DNA of 63,959 nt, counting the filler, from Globobulimina sp. (Eukaryota), in NCBI GenBank assembly GCA_003354225.1. It is 26 parts of 26 records of this genome, joined end to end, with 100 filler letters (N's around TTAATTAATTAA, not from the genome) between each part and the next. Parts side by side here need not be neighbours in the genome. Positions count along the whole stretch, not along the records: positions 34,505 to 36,868 come from PIVH01007135.1; positions 36,969 to 39,332 come from PIVH01007136.1; positions 39,433 to 41,796 come from PIVH01007137.1; positions 41,897 to 44,260 come from PIVH01007138.1; positions 44,361 to 46,724 come from PIVH01007139.1; 21 more parts are not named here. The stretch is one strand, 5' to 3'. A program made the translations under genes and the position numbers. This document shows, in pieces, positions 34,953 through 46,824 of this stretch (positions are counted from its first letter, which is position 1; each line of letters begins with the position of its first letter). The notes under the pieces are model-generated. The model was not told the DNA's origin. It did not search any database and saw only the letters and a program-made list of their open reading frames with translations.

Positions 34953-35312
34953 TTCGGTGGATTGCTAAAGTTCTGGAAAATATATGGGTAAAAAACCGAG
35001 GTGAGAAATGTTGTATATATATGTTTTTGCATTTTGCAAATCATCAAATGATGGGTATGTGTGTGGTGATGGAGAAAATGTGTGTGGTGAAACACATACA
35101 AATCAAAACTGTGAAATACATTCTCAGCTAATTTAACTGCGACGCATATGTCATCATTTGATGTTGCAAATGGACAGTACTATAACTGTTTGTTCTTTAT
35201 AATTCGAATTCTTTCAGGAGTGGATGGTTGTTAATGTTGAAAGAAAGAAGTGTGCTTGGTTTTTTTTCTGGTGTATTCAAATTAAAATCAGAATCACTTT
35301 TGTGTTAAGACC

Positions 35313-36505
35313 ATGTCTGATTATTTTGCTCCATATTTGGCTGTGTTTGTCAGTATAACTACTTTGGCTGTATCCATTGCCATCTATGGTATTATTTGTA
35401 TGGCAAAAGAAGCCATGGCATACAAAGATTCATCTTTAAAATCCAATTATATGTATTATTATCGTTTATCAATATTAGCATTCATCACACATGCAATATT
35501 CAGCGTTGTTGTGCTTAGCCACGTTATATGGTTATATGTAGCTTATGATGATTATTTCCGTGATCTTCGAGATTATGGCCCTTTCCCATTGCAGTGTCTT
35601 CATATGTTTCTTTGGCATATCAGCAAAATATTCATTTTATGGTTGTGTAATGCTCGTTTATTTTATACATTTAATGGAATGAGTGCAAATATGCAAATAT
35701 CGTTTACTTTTTACATGACAATGAATGTACTATCAGCTGTCTCGATGTTGGTATTGTGTTCAATCAGCGTCTATGGATATGCTGCTACTACATCACCCTA
35801 TTTGCGCCGGGTTGGAATGGATGGATCGAGAGTTGTATTTACAGTGCTTATGATATGTATTCTTGTGTTATTCAACAAAAGATTATATTTGAGAACAAAT
35901 GAACGTAAAACAGTTCGCATGCATCATATCGATATGACCAATTTAGATGCTCCAATATCAATAACTGACGATGATAATGTTTTTGTCCGTAGTGTGACTG
36001 GGAGAGATTCTAATACTTTTAAAATGGACGCCAATATGGATGATATCTACATTTTATTGGATGTTATCACCAGATATAGTATACTTGTCACAGTGTGGTG
36101 CATTACAATGATCACATTAATTATTTTTTGGGATATAGTATTTGCTATGAAAATGAAGGGTATGTGTTGTTATGTTGTTATGTACATAATTCAGTATAAA
36201 TGTATATTATTTTGCAAGCCATGTGTTGGAAATATATACATTTTTTTATTTCTATATACTATTTTGAAAAAGGAGTACATGCCGCACTTTGTTATTGGGC
36301 GTGGACAGCTGTAGTGGATTCATTTTGTGTTTTATGTTTATATGAACCGAATACTGAGCGTATTGATTGTTATAAATTATGGTTCAAATGTAACGATGAT
36401 CCAAAATGTAACGGTTTATCAATTCATTATTTGTTGGATAAAACATGTGTTAATTGTGCAAAGAAATATGGTGTAAAAAAGAAAAATGCAGACCCAACTA
36501 TTTAG
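35313..36505 (+). CDS. Orphan 7TM/GPCR-like protein (intron 36160-36272)
   Basis: Seven hydrophobic segments after splicing, ARLFYTF at the end of TM3, VDSFCVLC in TM7, Cys-rich tail. Confidence 0.55.
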
Positions 36506-36968
36506 GTATTTTTGATGTAGTAGACCCAATAACTTAGGACAGTCTTAGGTCCGCTAATTTTTCTTAATTTAAATTTATTATCTCACCTTTTTATTAGTTT
36601 CTAAGAATAAAAATCCGTTAGAATACATGACATTGTTGCAAGCACAAAAATCAAGTTTTTAGTGCTAATTTTATTTATCAACAATCTCCGCAATATTTAA
36701 TATATATTTCTTACGAAATAATTACAAATTTATAATACAACGTAGTGTTGATAGGTGGTGAAAACACCCATTTGACACGTTTGTGTTACAACCAAATTAG
36801 AAACACGCTGCAGTTATCACGCTGTCGTGACAACGGGTGTTTGTAATCATTTTGTATACACTGCTGCCNNNNNNNNNNNNNNNNNNNNNNNNNNNNNNNN
36901 NNNNNNNNNNNNTTAATTAATTAANNNNNNNNNNNNNNNNNNNNNNNNNNNNNNNNNNNNNNNNNNNN

Positions 36969-39332
36969 GCATATTCGCCGGCACCAGACAAGCTTTGTTG
37001 CAATTACGCTGGGAATTATTTCAGTACGTTAACTTTGTTTATTTTACTTTTTGTTCCACAGCATTACGCCTTATAATAATCACAGGTTAATATTCAAAAA
37101 ATCGCAGCCGTTGGATCAATGTACATACTGTCAATGTGTTCGAATGTTATTCGTTCGTTCCGAGCACTGTCATATTATACAAAAACCCATCGGGCGGCGC
37201 ATCAAAACTTATCAACAAAGTAACGTCAAATTAGTAAATATTAATGATACCACACAGACCATGGACGTGGATAAAGATATTACCATTCCAGTCAGCGACG
37301 TGCAGAAACATTTCAAAGCGTTGTGGCAAATCGAATCATTTATTATGACCCGCTTATTTGCTGTACATCCTTTCCATACTAACAACCATGGCAAGCACGC
37401 ACAATATGACATTTGTACCGATTATCAACAATTTTTTGTCAAAGTTATTGCAGTTCCACCCAACAGATACCGTCCACCCATGTTTGCAGTAAACAGAATG
37501 AACGAATGTGCGCAAAACCGGCAATACAGAAATATTTTAAAAGAAAACATCGCAATGAAGGAAATATTTAAACAGATCACCAAATTAACCACACATCCAT
37601 TGTTGAAGAAATATACCGAGGAAGAGAAGGGGTTTGCGGATAAAGACGAATTAATTGAAGCGGAAGGACTGTTCGCAAAGTACCAGGAAAGCAGGAAACA
37701 ATTTATTCAAAAATGGGAATTGCTACAACAACATTACAACCACTTGACAGACAGCACAAAAAACGGACAGTTGTATCGAAATAGCAGGCCTGGAACGAAT
37801 GTGATAGAGCCAGGTACGACATTTATTTTTAATGTTAAAGTCAAAAACAAAAACTAAAAATGAAACAAAAAAGGTATCCGACAGTTAATAGAGAAAAAAC
37901 AAGGGCTGTTTCGTATGTTTATGATGGGGAAACGCGTGAATTTCGCCGCTCGAAGTGTGGTGAATCCTGAATTATGGATCAAAACCAATGAGATTGGTAT
38001 ACCATTGTACGCAGCCAAAATGTTAACGTATCCGGATCGCGTGCAATCACACAATTACTATGAACTGCGACAGGCCATTCTCAATGGTCCGGATATCCAT
38101 CCTGGGGCAAATTCGGTGACTAACGGGTGTGGCCAGAAAATATCATTAACTTTTATGAATTTGCAGCAGCGGACAGCAATCGCGCGCACTTTGTTGAGTA
38201 ACATGTCAATGAATGGTCGCTCCCACTCGCAGTCGCAGGAGAATCCCGCAGCGAACAGGCCGCAAATTGTCGAGCGACATCTACGGAATAACGACATTGT
38301 GTTAGTTAACAGACAGCCAACGTTGCATAAAGTGGGTATTATGGCGCATAGAGTCAGGGTGCAACACAAAGGTAAAGTGATTCGAATGCATTATGCAAAC
38401 TGCAACAGTTACAACGCGGATTTCGATGGGGATGAAATCAATGTGCATTTCCCGCAGAGTGAGATTGCGCGGAGTGAGGCTTATAACATTGCTGCGACGG
38501 ACAAACAGTATGTTTCTGTGAAAGATGGCAGTCCGTTGAGGGGGTTAATGCAAGACCACGTTGTGTCGAGTGTGTTGTTGACGAAAAAGGACACTTTTCT
38601 GAGCAAGGATGAATACACACAACTGCTGTTTTCGTGTATGCAAACATGGAATCCTGCGATGAAGATACGGATGGAAGCTCCGACAGTGCTGAAACCGAAG
38701 CAGTTATGGACTGGCAAACAAGTTATAAATACGTTACTGAATGCGATCTCTGGTAACTTGGATGGGATTAATATGGAAAAGAAGACGCGGACACCGGCCA
38801 ATGCGTGGAATGGAATTGAATCCTGCTACAAAGAGGAAGGACTATTAATTGTGCGAGATAATTATATCTGCGGTGGCATTTTGGATAAATCGCAGATCTC
38901 TGACGGGCAAAGCTTTGGTTTAATACATGCCATTCATGAGTTGTATGGGCCGCACGCAGCGAGTACGTTTTTGACCAGTTTGGGGCAGTTATTGTCCACT
39001 TATTTGCAATCGCATGGCTTCAGTGCGCGAATGGAAGATTTGATATTGACTGAAAAGACAGAATTGCAGAGACAAAGCATCATAAAAAATTCGTTTAAGA
39101 AATCTGTACTGCGCTGTGCTGAATCGGTTGGGTATAATGTTGATAAAAATAACAAGCAGCGCAGCTATGTGGGGGTCATAAATGCGATGAAAAGGTTTGT
39201 GTTGTCAGACGATAAAAACGAGCATAGATTAGATGGTGAAATGAGGAGCACATTGGCTGAGGTTACCAATGCAGTCATTGACAATTGTTATCCGTTTGGT
39301 TCATTTATCCCATTTCCAATCAACAAATTCCA
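36969..39332 (+). CDS. RPA1: RNA polymerase I largest subunit, internal fragment
   Basis: VPPNRYRP, G(intron)IRQLIEKKQGLFRMFMMGKRVNFAARSV, NRQPTLHK, HYANCNSYNADFDGDE, PLRGLMQDH, WTGKQV. Confidence 0.92.
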
Positions 39333-39432
39333 NNNNNNNNNNNNNNNNNNNNNNNNNNNNNNNNNNNNNNNNNNNNTTAATTAATTAANNNNNNNNNNNN
39401 NNNNNNNNNNNNNNNNNNNNNNNNNNNNNNNN

Positions 39433-40004
39433 AGGCATCGTGTCTCGAAATGTTGATTACATGTATTACATTCGCCGCATTTCCATTTGTCAGAGTTGTG
39501 GCTGTCGCTATCACCGTCGTAGTCCAATGGTAAGGAGGTGGATGGCGGGGTTTGTGGGGTTTGTGTGTTATGTTGGTTATTATTTGAGAGTTTATTATAA
39601 TTATATTTCATTTCTCCGCACGCGTCACACATTAATTTGTAATGTGGATTTAAAAGAGTACAGATGTTACACCGCCATTCATTTGTATTTTGTGTCTGCT
39701 TTTGTATGTGTGATTTGTCAGAATCGTCTTTTGTCTCTTCGATGGGTGCTAAATTTATGCATTTTGGAGCCGCGCAAATATCACAATAGGATTTGTAATA
39801 CGTATTCATGTATGTGCAGGTGTTACATTTCCAATCGACTTTGTCGTCTAATAAACTTTGTTGTTTTGCTGGTTTGTGGTATTTGTTTGTAGATGGAGTG
39901 GGTGTTGGAGCGGTTGGTGTCAATCGTAAGGGATTGTGTGGTGCTGTGCTGAGGGTGCTCATGTCCATGTTTGGTGGGAATTTCGCCTTGTTTTCGGTTG
40001 CCAT
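39433..40004 (-). CDS. RanBP2-type zinc finger repeat protein, 3'-partial
   Basis: WKCNTCTYMN..CDIC, WRCNICTLLN..CDAC, WKCGECNTCN..C. Confidence 0.8.
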
Positions 40005-40076
40005 GATACAATGTTTTTCGGTCAAGTGCAGTCAGTGACTCAAGGAAAATCCCGATCGATAACTTACTTCAAGATA

Positions 40077-41681
40077 ATGGGAGCAGATTTTTCTGAAACA
40101 ATGTGTGTCGGAATCACTAAAGTATGCAACCCATCAACAGCAACAGAGAATGGTGGCACTTCATATAGAGTAGAAGCCAGACGTCATACTATTAAAAAAG
40201 GACAGGAACGTAAACAGGAGACAGAGAATTTGAAAATATTATCAAAGCTGCTGAAAGAATCCAAAGATAAGCAAACATTATATAACCAATGTATAAGTCC
40301 GTCCTCATATCGATTATTATATCGTGGATCCAAAAAGCGATACAAAATATCATCTCTTCATTCCGCCTGCGACAATGTCTCAAATATATTTATTATCATC
40401 GAATCAACAGACAACAATACATTCGGTGCGTATTCATCGAAAGGATTGGATTCAGAGAGACTAAATGCATACATTGAAGATGGCCAAGCATTCATTTTTT
40501 CCATCACAAAAGCTGAAATATTTAATGTAGACTTAGAATATAAAAGATATGCGTTATTTAACTCTGATCATCGTTTGTTACAAATTGGTGGAAGCCCTGG
40601 CTGTGACGCTGACATTTGTATCATTGAAAATTGCCATAAATCAAAAGGTTCGTTTGTTTTAAAAAATATATATTCCCATCCAAACGACGGTTATTTAAAT
40701 GGTGGCAGCAAAGATTTCCAAGTCAGAGAATTATTAATTTATACTGTTTCCAATGATTATGTTCCATTAAAACATGCCGATAATTCGTATGAAACTGCTG
40801 TTGGTGATGAGGAAGATGATAATATAAGGTATGAACAGTAAATAAGTCTCAGTTGTTTGCACATTTTATGACTGATTTATGTGATTAGCTATGCAGAATC
40901 AGCGGATTATGCGGATGAGATTGACGAAGAACATATTACAGACAATCGCAAATTTCATGTTTATGTGTATGATCGGCACAAATTGTCAGAGTTTACAGTG
41001 CCTGAATTGAGTGGTGACATAGATACAAAGTCAGTGAATTACGCAGGATGTGTAATTGGCAATGATTGGGATGAAACATCAAAATCAAATGTTGATAATT
41101 TATCATTGGATATTACCAAAACATTAAAAACATTAAAGATCAACAGAGGCGATTGCAAAGTTATTATCTTTGTTGAAAATGAAGAAAATGGAAATAAATT
41201 ACAACTGATTGATACTGTTAATTATGGAGAGGAAGAAAAGGAAGAAATGGTTGAATATAAACCAATGATACCATCAATTGCAGAGCATGCCGTGTATGCA
41301 GTGGACGATGTTAAAATAGATGAAAAAATTGAGTTAATTAGGAAGAAAAGTGCGGCAAAGATGGATAGGAAGAAACAAATGGCAGCGTTGAGAATGAAAT
41401 ATAGTTCGCGTAGAGTTGTATTGCATGGCAAGAATAGGAAGAAAACACCGCAATGCAGTGAATGTAATACGTATTATCATATACAAAGTGATCCAATCAA
41501 TGCATATGGTGGCATTGGAATAGTTTGTGATATTTGTGAGAAAAATAGAAAGAATAACCCGGAAATGGTATTGGAAGAACATTATTATAAATGCGAAAAT
41601 TGTGAAGCAATTGATATCTGTTCTGATTGTTATAAAAAAGAGAAAAGGAAACTGAATGAAAAACACAAAAATAGGCTGTAA
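40077..41681 (+). CDS. TLDc-domain protein with C-terminal ZZ-like zinc finger (intron 40829-40888)
   Basis: LLYRGS...LHSACDN...IIIESTDNNTFGAY...AFIFS...YLNGG..F.VRELLIY; C-terminal CSEC/CDIC/CENC..DICSDC; MGADFS possible myristoylation start. Confidence 0.8.
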
Positions 41682-41896
41682 TTTGCTGATTATTTATATT
41701 TATTTGGATGTGTCAAAGCTTATACAATTGACTTTTTAGGCTTAAACTTCTAAGCACTTTTTTTGTGATTGGCAAGGTTTTTGGGTTTATAATAGCNNNN
41801 NNNNNNNNNNNNNNNNNNNNNNNNNNNNNNNNNNNNNNNNTTAATTAATTAANNNNNNNNNNNNNNNNNNNNNNNNNNNNNNNNNNNNNNNNNNNN

Positions 41897-42540
41897 ATAA
41901 AACTCTGCGTTGAGCTCTTGCGTCTCATTCACATACTTTGCCACTAATATGGATTGGAAATGTTTGAGACAAAGTAGAAACTGCGAAACCCAGTACCATC
42001 GAACGAAGGATGATGGCGCTGTGCCTATTCCTGATAAACAAATACATTTTCTTTCGATATATAGCAAACAGGTAAACAGTGACCATGATAATAACTGCAC
42101 TGCAAAAGTAAATATAACCCAATTTAATATATCATTGGGGATCGACAGGCATAAAATTAATCCAATAAAAAATGCAAATGTAAATGCTGTACTTACTATA
42201 AAATCAAAATTCTGGATTTGGTAAAAGGATATGTGATCCACGCCATTTATATTTGAGGATTGTATTCTTGATTTTGCTCTGAATAACTTTATGTATTTGA
42301 GATTTGCTTTGTTTCTATAGCATAGTGAGATGAATACGCAAATATACAAATATAAATATAGAAATATATAACAAAATATTTGTCATCAAAAGATGTAACT
42401 GAAATTATGCCGATAATGATAAATATTAAATTAATCGGTAAAAATATCAACCATGTTTGGGCACAGGGTGTTAAATCGTTATTGTCTTCATTTATTGGTC
42501 CCCATCCATCACTGTCATTGCAGAAATCATCCAAAAGCAT
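41897..42540 (-). CDS. ABC transporter TMD0-like N-terminus (ABCC/ABCB6-type), partial
   Basis: FCNDSDGWGP....DLTPCAQ..IFLP is a typical TMD0 start, followed by TM helices and RWYW; one intron near 42320-42380. Confidence 0.55.
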
Positions 42541-42634
42541 GATCTTGATTTCTGACACCTAGTTATCAATTATGCAGGTAACATGATGGAGTAAGTAGTA
42601 GCTAGAAAACTTTATACAACTTGACTGACTTCGA

Positions 42635-43591
42635 ATGTCGCGTTTTTTGATAGCAGATGCATCAAACTTGATATTCCGCGGCGGTGTCTATAGAAGAAAC
42701 GATCAGACTTATCCAACTGGATGGAGTTAGTTAAGTATTTGTTCTGAGAAACATTAATTTCTACACATTTAAACACATTTTAGTTTATTACGCACCGTTT
42801 TCAAACACATTAAACAACACAATCCAACACACGTAGTGATTGCGGGTGATGGCCCTGATTCTTCTGCAACGCGTAGAGACATTCTGCCTGATTACAAACT
42901 AAATCGTCCGGAATGTCCAGATTTCATCAAACAGCAATTACGCGACGTACATCTCATCTGTAACGCTGTCAATATTCCATTCATAACACAAGCACGCTAT
43001 GAAGCAGATGATGTAATAAACACATTGGTCCAACAAGCAATAAAACACCATTTTGATGAGATACATATCATTGCAGACGATAAGGATTTATTTACATTGT
43101 TGGATGATGAAAGGGTCGCAATTCATCGATTAACTCACAAACATAAAACGCTTCAAATAGCAAGAAATGAAATTATTCCTTTATTAAAATTTAATATTAA
43201 ACCGAAACAAATCCCTGATTTTCTGGCTTTGGTTGGTGATCCCGTGGATAATATTGATGGTTGTTGCTGTATCGGAGTTAAACGGGCTCAATGTTTATTA
43301 CATTTGTATGGGAGTATTGATGGCATTTTTAATAATATTGAAAACATACAAAGTAACAATAAATCACTGGCGCGGAGATTGAAATTACATAAAGACATCA
43401 TTCTGAAAGCATTGTCTTTGACGGAATTGTATGATTTGAGTGACAAAATGGAAATAGATTTTGACTCGACACGGTTTGATGTGAATTTAATAGACGAACA
43501 AACCAAACATAACTTGGATGAATTCGGTTTGGGGGAATTGTACAAGTTTATGATTCAAACAAAGATGAAATTTCTTGAAATTATGAAATGA
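42635..43591 (+). CDS. Stand-alone 5'-3' exonuclease/flap endonuclease (DNA Pol I N-terminal type) (intron 42730-42783)
   Basis: LIADASNLIFR, RRDILPDYKLNR, YEADDVI, DDKDL, H3TH region PDFLALVGDPVDNI.G...IG.KRA..LL..YGS. Confidence 0.9.
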
Positions 43592-43840
43592 GAAACGGTC
43601 ATTTTCGGACAGAAAATAACTTGTTTGCAGTTGTTTGCTATGCAAAGAGAAGTGTTCTATTTTTTGCATCCTCACACCAAAGATCTTGAATTTATGTGCG
43701 TATTTTGCTTGCCACATTGCCAATTTTGATTAACAATGCAGTAACGACACAAACACTTCCTAATTACTCTGTATATTTTGTTAATTATTTTTTTGTACTC
43801 AATCCATACTTAATTTTTTCCACATTTCTTAATTCCAAAT

Positions 43841-44260
43841 ATGACTGATCGTTTAATTCCAGCTTCTGCTCGCGATGGATGTCTACAACATGGCGAATGG
43901 GAATGCAATGAATTTAGAATCATCAACACCTATAAATTGTTGCAAAATGATTACAAAGCAAATGTAGATGACAGAAAAGATGAAATAAATGCAGAAACAG
44001 AACCAATTTCATCAGTGGCAATGACAGAGATAAAAATAATGTGCAAGCTGGCTATCCCTGTTTGTTTGACGTCGATGTCGAGCATAATTATGTGGAATAC
44101 AGATCAAGTATTTTTAGGCCACTTAGGCACAAAACAATTGGCCGGAGCAGCACTGGCTGACGTTTGCATGGAAATATTAACTCTCTTTGTTTATTCTCCA
44201 GGATGCTCATTAAATAGCCTTTGCAGTCAAGCACTGGGCTCAGGCAACACAATAATGGCT
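43841..44260 (+). CDS. MATE family efflux transporter, N-terminal fragment
   Basis: EIKIMCKLAIP...FLGHLG..QLAGAALA...LNSLCSQALG. Confidence 0.85.
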
Positions 44261-44550
44261 NNNNNNNNNNNNNNNNNNNNNNNNNNNNNNNNNNNNNNNN
44301 NNNNTTAATTAATTAANNNNNNNNNNNNNNNNNNNNNNNNNNNNNNNNNNNNNNNNNNNNAAGAATCGAGCCAACAAATTTCGCCCGAAACGTCGGAATT
44401 AAATTAAACCCTTTATCGTAAACTCTACTGGTTCGAATTCATTTTTTAAAAATAAGACAGTATGAAGTGGTATAAGCTGTAAAAGATGGCAACTCTGCAT
44501 TTTTATATATATATGTTCAAAATTTTGACATGAAGGAGAAACTTACAAAA

Positions 44551-46139
44551 TCATTTACCAATATATTGATATTGTGATGGACTATGTTTATACGGACACC
44601 TATCTTGCAAATTGTTATCATATCCATTCAATAAAATATCTAATAAATGATAATTTCTGCCTTTGCCCTTGCCCAACATTGTCAAATAAGCTTCTGTCGG
44701 TCTCTCATTTAGCACCAAAGGAACTGTACTTTCATCTAAACCGCCATGCGATAATCTCCATTCATACTGGCCGAGATCACTCAAATTATTATCACAAAAT
44801 ATCGCATCCACATCAGCCAACAACAATACATTACCGATTCTGTCCTCTGGTAATTCCAAACTTGAGCACGATTCTTGATGCCCAATCGAACAATATATTC
44901 CCTTCAGATTTCTCATATAACCCAATGTGTAGAAAATTAATTTATTTTTCAATTCTATATCCACATTTTCATTCGCATGCTTTTGCACAATATGAATGTG
45001 ACCAAATCCATACAGTATATCTTTTGACTTACTTTGTAAAATTATTTCGTATTCAAACAATGAAAATATATCCATATTCCACTCATTTCCATATATTTGC
45101 CAACATTCATTCAGTTTTTGTTCAATATTAACGATGAACAAATCTCCTTTGGCTCCGAGTTTATAATTTATGCCATGCGATGATGTCATACCATATCTGC
45201 AGCCCCGTTCATCAAACACATTCAAATACGCATCAATCTGCGACATCCATTGCATCATTGTTGGCGATCGATGGTCATAATAATATTGAATGGTCGCTGG
45301 TGATATAGCTATATAACTTAACTGTGGTGTTTCAATATTCTCGTTTTCCAACACTTTTTTCATAATTTCTAATAAAAACAATCCACATTCTCCGTTAAAA
45401 TCCGATATGACACCGTTTTTATGCTCAAAATATACGGATAACTGCTTCAATCGATTGAATATTTCATTATCTTTTAAAATACAGTGAATCAATGCATTAT
45501 CAGTATCCATGATATCGCTTTGTGTGTTATTCACACATTTATGCAATAATTCCAATGATAAACTGCTTGAATTCGGATGCAAATCATAAGTTAATTGTTC
45601 TCTATACTCTTCATTCAACGCCATAAATAACACAGTGGTACCATGGTGAGATAATTCAGAGCAAATTGAGTCTGCAAATAAACTGTCACTGTCTGTAATA
45701 TCGCCACCAATACAATAATCGCCAACAATTCCGTGATTATCCGGTGTTGAAGCAGTCATAATGCTGACTTGATTGACACGTGAACACGTCGGGAACACTG
45801 TGCTTATTGCACATTGGTAGCCTTTCGATAATTTATTGTGTGATATTGGCGTTGTGATATCACGGACATGCGGCATATGATTAGTTAATGCTTGATCCAA
45901 ATGCTAATATTAAAAAATACAGTATTAACATATCAAATAGCTAGTAATTAATCCACACACTTAACTTTTACATCACATCCATCAATGGTTATGGCAATGA
46001 CAGGCTTGGAAGGATCTGGCTGAGCGTACAGACTTTCATTGATTGTAACCTGTGATATGCTGGATTGCGATGCAAACCTGTTCGCTAAAGCAAAAGTGTA
46101 CTTAGACAAATTGCCATTTAATCTTTGCAAAGGTGACAT
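44551..46139 (-). CDS. Phosphonoacetate hydrolase (PhnA)-like alkaline phosphatase superfamily protein, degenerate active site (intron 45904-45965)
   Basis: INESLY..P...VIAITIDGCD..LDQA..MP, N.VSIMT...P..HGIVG.Y, LELPEDRIG, SHGGLDE..VPL..N and RNY..LD..LN are collinear with PhnA. Confidence 0.8.
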
Positions 46140-46223
46140 GTCAAAAAAAAGAAGTTTTTCAAAACTATTTAATTATTAAAACGAGGAAGCAGTAATCATT
46201 CCAGGCAGTTTTAATTAATAAGT

Positions 46224-46724
46224 ATGCAAAATATTAAATGTGTGGTGGTAGGCGACGGTGCTGTCGGTAAAACGTGCTTATTAATTTCGTATACAACCAA
46301 CGCGTTTCCTGGTGAGTACATACCGACTGTCTTCGATAATTACTCTGCGAATGTGATGGTTGATGGGAAACCAATTCAATTGGGACTGTGGGATACCGCC
46401 GGACAGGAAGATTATGACCGCTTAAGACCGTTATCATACCCACAAACGGATGTGTTTTTGGTTTGTTTTTCCATCATTTCAAAATCGTCATTTGAGAATG
46501 TAAAACAAAAATGGATTCCGGAGTATGTCTCTATTATTTTTTATCAATTTGCATGCGTATTATTAGCTATTAATTACTGTCATATCAGAATCAAGCATCA
46601 TGTGCCGGATGCGCCTTTTTTATTAGTTGGCACAAAGTCAGATTTAAGAGATGATCAAGAAGTTACAAAGAAATTTGGTGCGTGCATCACTTTGGAATCG
46701 GGAATAGGTTTGCATTGTATTTTA
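46224..46724 (+). CDS. RAC: Rac-family Rho GTPase, 3'-partial (intron 46523-46588)
   Basis: [40 protein letters not shown]...[24 protein letters not shown]. Confidence 0.97.
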
Positions 46725-46824
46725 NNNNNNNNNNNNNNNNNNNNNNNNNNNNNNNNNNNNNNNNNNNNTTAATTAATTAANNNNNNNNNNNNNNNNNNNN
46801 NNNNNNNNNNNNNNNNNNNNNNNN

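Noticed and set aside
38400-38445. NADFDGDEIN instead of NADFDGDEMN in RNA polymerase
   Set aside because: All three catalytic Asp are intact; a conservative change outside the metal ligands.
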